Assembly: GCA_963826035.1 (NCBI GenBank)
Contig: CAWGVZ010000004.1
Location: 947,131-971,130 of the forward strand
DNA from: an uncultured Actinomycetota bacterium
GTDB taxonomy: Bacteria; Actinomycetota; Actinomycetes; Mycobacteriales; Pseudonocardiaceae
Reading direction: 5' to 3'
Length of the DNA: 24,000 nucleotides
Below are positions 8,929 through 15,159 of the stretch, piece by piece (position 1 is the first letter of the stretch; every line of letters begins with the position of its first letter). The notes under the pieces were generated by a model. It was not told the origin of the DNA and did not search any database. It was given only the letters and a program-made list of their open reading frames with translations. A program made the position numbers and the translations under genes.

Positions 8929-9952
8929 AGCCGAAGAAGACCTCGGCCTCCTGATAACGCTCCAGCGGCACGGTCTTCAGCTCGGCCGTCGCCTCCGCCA
9001 GCTTCACCCGCACGATGTCCGTGCCGCGCAGCGCGACCATCACGCCGAAGTCGCGCGCCTGCACGGCGTCCACCGCGTGGAGGCCGAACCGGGTGGCGAG
9101 CACGCGGTCGTAGGCGGTGGGGGTGCCGCCGCGCTGGGTGTGGCCGAGGACGACCGCGCGGGACTCCTTGCCCGTGCGGTGCGCGATCTCGTCGGCCAGC
9201 CAGTTGCCGATGCCGCCGAGACGGACGTGCCCGAAGGCGTCCTTCTCCCCGGTCAGCAGCTTCTCCTGGCCGCCCTCGGGCAGCGCGCCCTCGGCGACCA
9301 CGATGATCGGCGCGTACTCGCGCTCGAACCGGCGCTCCACCCACGAGACGACCTGGTCGACGGAGAACTCCCGCTCCGGCATGAGAATGACGTTCGCGCC
9401 GCCCGCGAGGCCGGAGTGCAGCGCGATCCAGCCGGCGTGGCGGCCCATGACCTCGATGACGAGCGCGCGGTGGTGCGACTCGGCCGTGGTGCGGAGCCGG
9501 TCGATGGCCTCGGTCGCGATGTGCACGGCCGTGTCGAAGCCGAACGTGTAGTCGGTGGCGCCCAGGTCGTTGTCGATGGTCTTCGGCACGCCCACCACGC
9601 CGATGCCGTCGTCGGTCAGTCGCTTGGCCACCCCGAGGGTGTCCTCGCCGCCGATCGCGATCAGCGCGTCCACCCCGTGCTCGGCGAGCGTCGCGCGGAT
9701 GCTGTCGACGCCACCTTCCACCTTGTACGGGTTGGTCCGCGAGGAGCCGAGGATCGTGCCGCCGCGGGTGAGGATGTCCTCGACGTCGTTGAGTCCGATC
9801 GGCTTGACCAGGCCCTCGATCGGGCCCTGCCAGCCGTTGCGGAAACCGACGGTCTCCCACCCATGGGCCTCGATGCCCTTGCGGACCACGGCGCGGATCA
9901 CCGCGTTCAGTCCCGGACAGTCACCGCCACCTGTGAGTAAGCCGACGCGCAT
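8927..9952 (-). CDS. pfkA: ATP-dependent 6-phosphofructokinase
   Basis: MRVGLLTGGGDCPGLNAVIRAVV, GGEDT, MGRHAGW and GHTQRGG motifs are present. 341 aa. GGAGG lies about 8 nt upstream of the ATG at 9952, and the longer ORF to 10009 lacks support. Confidence 0.95.
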   Translation of the reverse strand: MRVGLLTGGGDCPGLNAVIRAVVRKGIEAHGWETVGFRNGWQGPIEGLVKPIGLNDVEDILTRGGTILGSSRTNPYKVEGGVDSIRATLAEHGVDALIAIGGEDTLGVAKRLTDDGIGVVGVPKTIDNDLGATDYTFGFDTAVHIATEAIDRLRTTAESHHRALVIEVMGRHAGWIALHSGLAGGANVILMPEREFSVDQVVSWVERRFEREYAPIIVVAEGALPEGGQEKLLTGEKDAFGHVRLGGIGNWLADEIAHRTGKESRAVVLGHTQRGGTPTAYDRVLATRFGLHAVDAVQARDFGVMVALRGTDIVRVKLAEATAELKTVPLERYQEAEVFFG

Positions 9953-10039
9953 GTGCTCGATCCTCCATCCGGCTGCCGAGAGCTGAGATTCAAGCCCGTA
10001 GCGTGCCATCTTCTGTATCGGTGCAGCAAGCAGGTCCCG

Positions 10040-10543
10040 CTAACTGCGGGGGAATCCTCGGCGAACACGTTCCGCCTCGATCACGCGCCAGCGCGCGAGG
10101 TTGTGCCTGGCGTCGGCCAACGCGTCGTGGGCGTCGCTCGGGGGGGTCGGCAGCGAGGGTTTGCCCACGTCCTCCCACCGCTGGCGCAGTTCGCGGGTGA
10201 AGCGGGGCAGCTCACGCGGCAGCGCCGGCATGTCGCCCCAGAGCTGGGCGAACGCGACGTGGTCGTAGGCGGCGAACCAGGCCCACAGCTCGACCCGGTC
10301 GCGATCGGGGTTCAAGAACCTGAGCAGCCGGGCCCGCATGGTCGCCCGGTCGCACCACGCGGGGTCCGCGGGCGAGGGGAGCTTGTCGAGAACGTGGTCG
10401 CGGACCCACTGACCCGCCTTGTCCGGGTTGAACTCGGTGGACACCGCGTAGAACTCACGGCCGTTCTCGTCGACGACACCGATCGACACCAGGTCGATGG
10501 TCGTTCCGTCCTCGATGAACTCGGTATCGTAAAAGAACCGCAC
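10040..10543 (-). CDS. Rv2179c-like 3'-5' exoribonuclease (RNase AS family, DEDD fold)
   Basis: 167 aa. MRFFYDTEFIEDGTTIDLVSIGVV carries the DxE exonuclease motif, and AHDALADAR carries the H/D motif. It has the same position relative to aroG/plsC as Mtb Rv2179c. Confidence 0.85.
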   Translation of the reverse strand: MRFFYDTEFIEDGTTIDLVSIGVVDENGREFYAVSTEFNPDKAGQWVRDHVLDKLPSPADPAWCDRATMRARLLRFLNPDRDRVELWAWFAAYDHVAFAQLWGDMPALPRELPRFTRELRQRWEDVGKPSLPTPPSDAHDALADARHNLARWRVIEAERVRRGFPRS

Positions 10544-10570
10544 GCGGGCAGCGTAGAGGTGCCGCCCGCC

Positions 10571-11341
10571 TCAGCCCGCCTCGGTCTCCGGGATGCGGTC
10601 GGCGTCCCTGGCGGCGCTGCGGCGCTCCTGGGTGGGCAGCGCGGCCGGTTCGCCGGCCTCCTCCGCCGCCAGCAACTCCTTCGCCTTCGCCGCGTAGATG
10701 TCCACGTACTCCTGGCCGGACAGCTCCATCAGGGCGTACATGATCTCGTCGGTGATGGACCGCTCCACGAACCGGTCGCCGGCTAGGCCCTCGTAGCGGG
10801 AGAAGTCGAGGGGCTTGCCGATCCTGATGCGGATCTTGTGCGGCCGCCACATCTTTGAGCCGATGGGGTTGGCCTTGTCCGTGTCGAACATGGCCACCGG
10901 GATGACCGGCACGCGGGCCTCGAGGACCATCCTGGCGAGGCCGGTCTTGCCCTTGTACAGGCGGCCGTCGGGTGAGCGGGTGCCCTCCGGGTAGATCCCG
11001 AGCAGGTGGCCCTCCCGCAGCAGCCGGGTGCCCGTGTCGAGCGCGGCCTGCGCGGCGGCACCACCGGAGCGGTCGATGGGGATCTGGCCCATGCCCGTCA
11101 TGAACCACTTCTTCGCCCAGCCCTTGACGCCGGGCTGCGTGAAGTACTCGAGCTTCGCGGGGAACGTGACCCGCCGGGACAGCATCAGCGGCAGGAAGAA
11201 CGAGTCGGCCACCGCCAGGTGGTTGCTGGCGAGCAGCGCACCGCCCTTCTCCGGGATGTTCTCCGCACCCTCCACCCGCGGTCTGAAGAAGAGCTTGAGC
11301 ACTGGACCCAGGAACACCCACTTCATCAAGAAGTACAGCAC
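10571..11341 (-). CDS. plsC: 1-acyl-sn-glycerol-3-phosphate acyltransferase (PlsC family)
   Basis: HX4D motif (SNHLAVADSF) and PEGTR motif (IYPEGTRSPDG). 256 aa. The synteny corresponds to Rv2182c. Confidence 0.9.
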   Translation of the reverse strand: MLYFLMKWVFLGPVLKLFFRPRVEGAENIPEKGGALLASNHLAVADSFFLPLMLSRRVTFPAKLEYFTQPGVKGWAKKWFMTGMGQIPIDRSGGAAAQAALDTGTRLLREGHLLGIYPEGTRSPDGRLYKGKTGLARMVLEARVPVIPVAMFDTDKANPIGSKMWRPHKIRIRIGKPLDFSRYEGLAGDRFVERSITDEIMYALMELSGQEYVDIYAAKAKELLAAEEAGEPAALPTQERRSAARDADRIPETEAG

Positions 11342-11443
11342 CGGTTTCCGCGCCTCCCGTTCCTCGCTGGCCTACCGTGCCCACCGTTTGTCGAGCGTAC
11401 GAAGGGCGCGCGGCCCGCACAATGCTCTGCCACCCAAATGTCG

Positions 11444-11464
11444 GAACGTGTAACAGTGACGTTC
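11444..11464. promoter_or_regulatory. Inverted repeat GAACGT-N9-ACGTTC in the 255-bp divergent promoter region between plsC and the 11597 gene
   Basis: gaacgt (11444-11449) and acgttc (11459-11464) are perfect reverse complements. The surrounding region has lower GC than the coding flanks. The operator function is an inference only. Confidence 0.3.
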
Positions 11465-11596
11465 GTCAAGGGGATCCCTCGTATGCACCACGGTACCCAA
11501 CGAGTAAACATGGAGTAGCGATCCGGTCATCGGCGAAGCTGTTCGTGCGACGATGGCCACACCACCTGCTCGCGTGCCTGACCTAGGAGGCCCCGG

Positions 11597-12070
11597 GTGT
11601 CCGACCGGCCGGAGGACGTCGACGCCGCGTTCGCTCAAATCGTGGCGGACCTCGAGCGTGAGGGCGTCGGCAGCACGCTGCCCGATCTCACCAAACCGGC
11701 CGACGGCGTCGCCGCCGAGCCGGAGCCCGATCAGGAGGAACCCACGGCGAGCCAGCCCGCCGGTTCCGCGCCGGCCGCGACCTGGCGCGGGCACGACGGC
11801 GAGTACGACTGGTCCTGGGGAACGGACGACGAGCACTACGTGCCGCCCGAGCCACCACCGCTGCCGCGACTGCGGCCGTTGACGATTTTCGCGCTCGTCC
11901 TGCTGGTGCTGGGGGTCGGCCTGCTGCTCGGCCCCGGCCTCATCGGGTTGGACTCGCGGATCGGCACGCCCATCGGCCTGCTGGCGCTCACGTGCGGCGG
12001 CGGCATGCTCCTGCTGCGCGTCCGCAAGAACTCCCCGCGCGACCCGGACGACAACGGCGCCCAGGTCTGA
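11597..12070 (+). CDS. Hypothetical membrane protein (acidic, Pro-rich N-terminal region and two C-terminal TM helices)
   Basis: AGGAGG at 11584-11589 lies 7 nt before the GTG at 11597. High GC3. The C-terminus LTIFALVLLVLGVGLLLGPGLIGL...IGLLALTCGGGMLLL is hydrophobic. I do not recognise a family. Confidence 0.65.
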   Translation: MSDRPEDVDAAFAQIVADLEREGVGSTLPDLTKPADGVAAEPEPDQEEPTASQPAGSAPAATWRGHDGEYDWSWGTDDEHYVPPEPPPLPRLRPLTIFALVLLVLGVGLLLGPGLIGLDSRIGTPIGLLALTCGGGMLLLRVRKNSPRDPDDNGAQV

Positions 12071-12078
12071 CAACCCGG

Positions 12079-12215
12079 CGAGTCCCACGTTCAGCACCAG
12101 CGAGTCCCACGTTCGCGACGGCCGAGTTCCACGTTCGGTGCTGCGGCTCCCGACGCCGAACGTGGGACTCGCCAGGCTTCAACGTGGGACTCGCCAGGTT
12201 TCAACGTGGGACTCG
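12079..12215. repeat. Symmetrical repeat array: three direct copies of CGAGTCCCACGTT followed by three inverted copies (AACGTGGGACTCG), each with 22-bp period
   Basis: Forward cores lie at 12079-12091, 12101-12113 and 12123-12135 (one mismatch). Inverted cores lie at 12159-12171, 12181-12193 and 12203-12215. The centre of symmetry is about 12147. The array fills the 149-bp gap between convergent genes (stops at 12070 and 12220). Confidence 0.9.
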
Positions 12216-12219
12216 GGGG

Positions 12220-13170
12220 TCAGGGGTGGTCGGCTGCCAGAGTGGCCGCGCCCACCAGGGCGGCGTCGTCGCCGAGTTGGGCGGTGCGGATGCGCGCCAG
12301 CGGGCGGTACCCGACTCCCGTGATCTTCTTGTTGTAGTGCTCGCGGGCGTCGTCGAGGAACAGCGGGGCCGATTCCGAGACGCCGCCCGCGATGACCACG
12401 ATCTCCGGGTCGTAGATGTCGGCCACCAACGCCAGGCCCGTCCCGAGCCACACGGCCAGCTCGGCCATCGCCCGCTTCGCCAGCGGGTCGCCCTCGCGTG
12501 CCGCGGCCGCCACCTTGCGGCCGGTCACCGCACGCGGGTCGGCCACGCTGTCGCGGCGCAGCACGGTCGACCGGCCGGGGTAGCGGGCCAGCAGCTCCAC
12601 GGCGGTCGTGCTCAGCGCGGTGCCGCTGCAGTAGCGCTCCCAGCAGCCGACCTTGCCGCACGGGCAGGGCCGGCCGTCGGGCACGAGCGTCAGGTGTCCC
12701 AGCTCCGGCGCCACCCCGTAGGCGCCGCGGAACAGGGTGCCGTCGAGCAGCAGGCCGCCGCCGATCCCCGTGCCGATGGCCACGAGCAGCGCCACCCGTG
12801 AGCCGCGCGCCGCGCCGAACCGGTGCTCGGCCAGGACGGCCGCGTTGGCGTCGTGCTCGAGCACCACGGGCAGGCCCAGCCGCTCGCTGATCCGGTCGCC
12901 CACCGGGGCGTTGCGCCAGGCCAGGTGCGGCGCGAACATCACCGTGCGGCGGTCGGTGCTGACGAAACCGGCGACCGCGAGTCCGACGCCCGTGACCCGG
13001 TGGCGGGCGGCGAGGCCGGTGACCGCGCTGACGATCGCGTCCTCCAACGCGTCCTCGCTGGTGGGGGTGGCCACGCGGGCGGTGTCGATGACCGTGCCGT
13101 GCCGGTCCACCACTCCGGCCCGCACGCTCGTCCCCCCGATGTCCACCCCGATCGTGGTTCTCGCCCTCAA
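12220..13170 (-). CDS. glk: ROK-family glucokinase
   Basis: IGVDIGGTSVRAGVV ATP-binding N-terminus, and the ROK zinc motif CPCGKVGCWERYCSG. The TTG start at 13170 overlaps the upstream stop as TTGA. The longer ORF to 13446 is an Arg/Gly/Pro-rich extension that overlaps the upstream gene. Confidence 0.9.
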   Translation of the reverse strand: MRARTTIGVDIGGTSVRAGVVDRHGTVIDTARVATPTSEDALEDAIVSAVTGLAARHRVTGVGLAVAGFVSTDRRTVMFAPHLAWRNAPVGDRISERLGLPVVLEHDANAAVLAEHRFGAARGSRVALLVAIGTGIGGGLLLDGTLFRGAYGVAPELGHLTLVPDGRPCPCGKVGCWERYCSGTALSTTAVELLARYPGRSTVLRRDSVADPRAVTGRKVAAAAREGDPLAKRAMAELAVWLGTGLALVADIYDPEIVVIAGGVSESAPLFLDDAREHYNKKITGVGYRPLARIRTAQLGDDAALVGAATLAADHP

Positions 13171-13523
13171 GGCGTCGGTCCGTCCCGACGGATGGGGATG
13201 TGCTGCACGTGCGGCGCGTCGGCCGGTCGCGCCGTGGGGGTGAAGCCGGGCATGTGCGGCCCGCCCGGCTCCCACCGGTCGGCGAGGACGGCCCGCAGCA
13301 GCGCCACCAGGTCGGCCACCCGCTCCAGGTTGCGCGCCGCCAGCTCCGACGGCTCCCCGCGGACCAGCGCGACGACCGCGCACAGCGGGCACCAGCCGCA
13401 CGCACCCGGTTGCTCGGAATGATCGGCGGCGACCCGGTCGAGCCACGGCCCCGCCCGGTCGGCCACGGCGTCGGCCAGCAGCCGCAGCTCCTCCACCAGA
13501 CGCGTTCCCGGTTCGGCGGTCAC
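13167..13523 (-). CDS. Small conserved actinobacterial protein (Rv2183c/DUF5304-like) with a CGWCPLC motif
   Basis: 118 aa, made up of the last 118 codons of the ORF 13167..14705. The GTG start overlaps the ArsA-like stop as GTGA, and its own stop overlaps the glk TTG start. The position matches Rv2183c. The family assignment is from memory. Confidence 0.6.
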   Translation of the reverse strand: MTAEPGTRLVEELRLLADAVADRAGPWLDRVAADHSEQPGACGWCPLCAVVALVRGEPSELAARNLERVADLVALLRAVLADRWEPGGPHMPGFTPTARPADAPHVQHIPIRRDGPTP

Positions 13524-14716
13524 GACTCGCCTCCCGCCTCGAAGCGCAGCACCAGCCCGGTGACGCCGGCCGCGGCGTCGGTGACCGTGTACCGGCGCAG
13601 CAGCGCGGGCAGCGCCACCAGCCTGCGCACCCCGTCCACGGTGATCGCCAGGTCGTCGCCCACGCGGGCGAGGTCCAGGTCGCTGGAGTCGGTCAGCGGC
13701 AGCGCGACCGTCAGCGCGTAGACCCCGTCGGACACCGCCTCGATGCTCAGCAGCGGCGTGGTGAAGGGGTGATCGTCGGCCAGCGGGTCGGTCTCGCCGT
13801 AGAGGTCGGCCGCCAGCTCCAGCAGCGCGGCCGTCCCCACCGGCTCTGCCGGCCGGTGCTCGACGCGCCGCACGGGCAGCGTGGCCGACGCGTCCAGCTC
13901 GGCCAGCACGGCGTCCTGCTCGGCGCGCCGGACGCGCAGCCACGCGGCGGCCGGACCCACCCAGCGCCGGGCCTTGGGCACCAGCCGGTTGGCCACCAGG
14001 CCGTCGACCTTGATGCCGCGCAGCGCGAGCGCGGCGAGCGTGCGCCTGGTCTCGGCCACCACCAGCCGCTCGGGCGTGAGCACCACCCGCACGCTCGTGA
14101 CCTTCGGGTCGACCAGCAGACGGCGGAGGGCGGCCAGGTGGTCGGCCAGCCTGGTGAGCGGGGCGACCGGCACGGCGATCTTGCGGAGGTAGCCGGCGAT
14201 CGCCTCGGGCAGGGCGAGCAGCCGCAGCGTTTCGGCCGTCGGCCCGCAGTCGACCACCACCACCTCCCACGGCCCTTCCCGGGCGAGCCGGGCGACCTCG
14301 GTGAGGGCCAGCAGCTCGTCCACGCCGGGCAGCACGGTCAGTTCGGCGGCGTCCAGCGCGTCGAGCCCGGCGCCGGCGAGCACCGTGTGCAGCTGGCGGC
14401 GCAGGTCCTGCCAGGCCTTGTCCACCAGGCCGCGGGCGTCCACATGGGCCGCGTACAGGCAGGTGTCCACTTCGGACGGTTCGGCGCCCACCGGAACGTC
14501 GAACACGTCGCCCAGGGAGTGGGCCGGGTCGGCCGAGGCGACGAGCACCTTGCGGCCACCGACGGCGAGCCGGGCGGCCGTCGCCGCCGCGAGAGTGGTC
14601 TTGCCGACGCCCCCCTTGCCGGTGAACAGCAAGATCCGTGCTGGATCGCTCAGCCCTGAGGATTCGCTCCGCAAGCTCCGCTCGTCTTGATGATTCGCTC
14701 CGCAAGCTCCGCTCAT
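13520..14716 (-). CDS. ArsA/GET3-family ATPase with a C-terminal HSP20-like domain (Rv2184c-like)
   Basis: Deviant Walker A FTGKGGVGKTTLAAA. The C-terminal beta-rich segment YALTVALPL...LAITVDGVRRLVALP resembles the ArsA_HSP20 domain. The start is uncertain, because the first 21 codons from ATG 14716 are made of the two copies of a non-coding-type repeat. Alternative CTG/TTG starts lie at codons 22 and 29. Confidence 0.85.
   Translation of the reverse strand: MSGACGANHQDERSLRSESSGLSDPARILLFTGKGGVGKTTLAAATAARLAVGGRKVLVASADPAHSLGDVFDVPVGAEPSEVDTCLYAAHVDARGLVDKAWQDLRRQLHTVLAGAGLDALDAAELTVLPGVDELLALTEVARLAREGPWEVVVVDCGPTAETLRLLALPEAIAGYLRKIAVPVAPLTRLADHLAALRRLLVDPKVTSVRVVLTPERLVVAETRRTLAALALRGIKVDGLVANRLVPKARRWVGPAAAWLRVRRAEQDAVLAELDASATLPVRRVEHRPAEPVGTAALLELAADLYGETDPLADDHPFTTPLLSIEAVSDGVYALTVALPLTDSSDLDLARVGDDLAITVDGVRRLVALPALLRRYTVTDAAAGVTGLVLRFEAGGES
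14661..14714. repeat. Two tandem copies (period 31 nt) of the 23-nt motif gattcgctccgcaagctccgctc
   Basis: Copies lie at 14661-14683 and 14692-14714, with a third copy at 8908-8928. The two copies are read in different frames of the ArsA-like ORF (SGACGAN versus ERSLRSE), which argues that the repeat is conserved at nucleotide level and not at protein level. Confidence 0.85.
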
Positions 14717-14723
14717 GCGCCCA

Positions 14724-15158
14724 CTACGCGCCCTCGACCTTGCGCTTCAGCTCTTTCAGCGCGATATCCATGATCATCTTCTCGGCCTTGCGGCGGAAGA
14801 GGCCGATCATCGGCACCACCAGCTGGACGGACAGGGTGTAGGTGACCCTGGTCTGGTCGCCCTCCGGGGTGAGCACGTAGGAGCCGTTCTGCGCGCGCTG
14901 CATCTGGCCCTTCACGAGGGTCCAGCTCACCGACAGCCCGTCGGGCGCCCACTCGTAGGCCAGCGTGTACACGTCCTTGAAGGCACCGGCGTCGAGGGTG
15001 AACCGGACCTGGCGGGCCTGGCCCTCCGCCTCCTCGAGGACCTCGGTCTCCTTCACGGCGTTCGCCCATTCCGGGTACGCCGGGAAGTCGGCGATCACCG
15101 CCATGATCTCGCTGGGTGGCGCGTCGACCACGATGGACTGAGTGGACTCATCGGCCAT
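14724..15158 (-). CDS. SRPBCC (polyketide cyclase/dehydrase-like) protein, TB16.3/Rv2185c-like
   Basis: MADESTQSIVVDAPPSEIMAVIADFPAYPEWA... gives 144 aa from the ATG at 15158, the same length as I recall for Mtb TB16.3. It is the first gene of the operon ending in glk. Confidence 0.85.
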   Translation of the reverse strand: MADESTQSIVVDAPPSEIMAVIADFPAYPEWANAVKETEVLEEAEGQARQVRFTLDAGAFKDVYTLAYEWAPDGLSVSWTLVKGQMQRAQNGSYVLTPEGDQTRVTYTLSVQLVVPMIGLFRRKAEKMIMDIALKELKRKVEGA

Positions 15159-15159
15159 G

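Noticed and set aside
7495-9306. 603-aa plus-strand ORF, plus 8772..9860 minus and other long ORFs over the amidase/pfkA region
   Set aside because: They are alternative frames of clearly identified amidase and pfkA genes. They are Arg/Pro-rich with no motifs.
10544-10570. Hairpin gcgggc...gcccgc followed by a T-rich run on the minus strand, as a possible plsC terminator
   Set aside because: The T-run (ttctttt) is simply the MRFFYD codons of the exoribonuclease gene. The stem is imperfect, and the genes are more likely co-transcribed.
12079-12215. Possible CRISPR array
   Set aside because: The repeats are only 13-16 nt with 9-nt spacers, and half of them are inverted. No cas genes are present in the window. 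The pattern is REP/BIME-like and not a CRISPR.
13171-13446. N-terminal 92-codon extension of the glucokinase ORF (ATG at 13446)
   Set aside because: The extension is an Arg/Gly/Ala/Pro low-complexity stretch that fully overlaps the small upstream gene. ROK glucokinases start a few residues before the IGVDIGGT motif, and the TTGA overlap supports the TTG at 13170.
13524-14705. Upstream 394 codons of ORF 13167..14705 (512 aa)
   Set aside because: Only the last 118 codons (13167-13523) look genuine. The rest is an out-of-frame shadow of the ArsA-like gene, with Arg/Gly/Pro runs.
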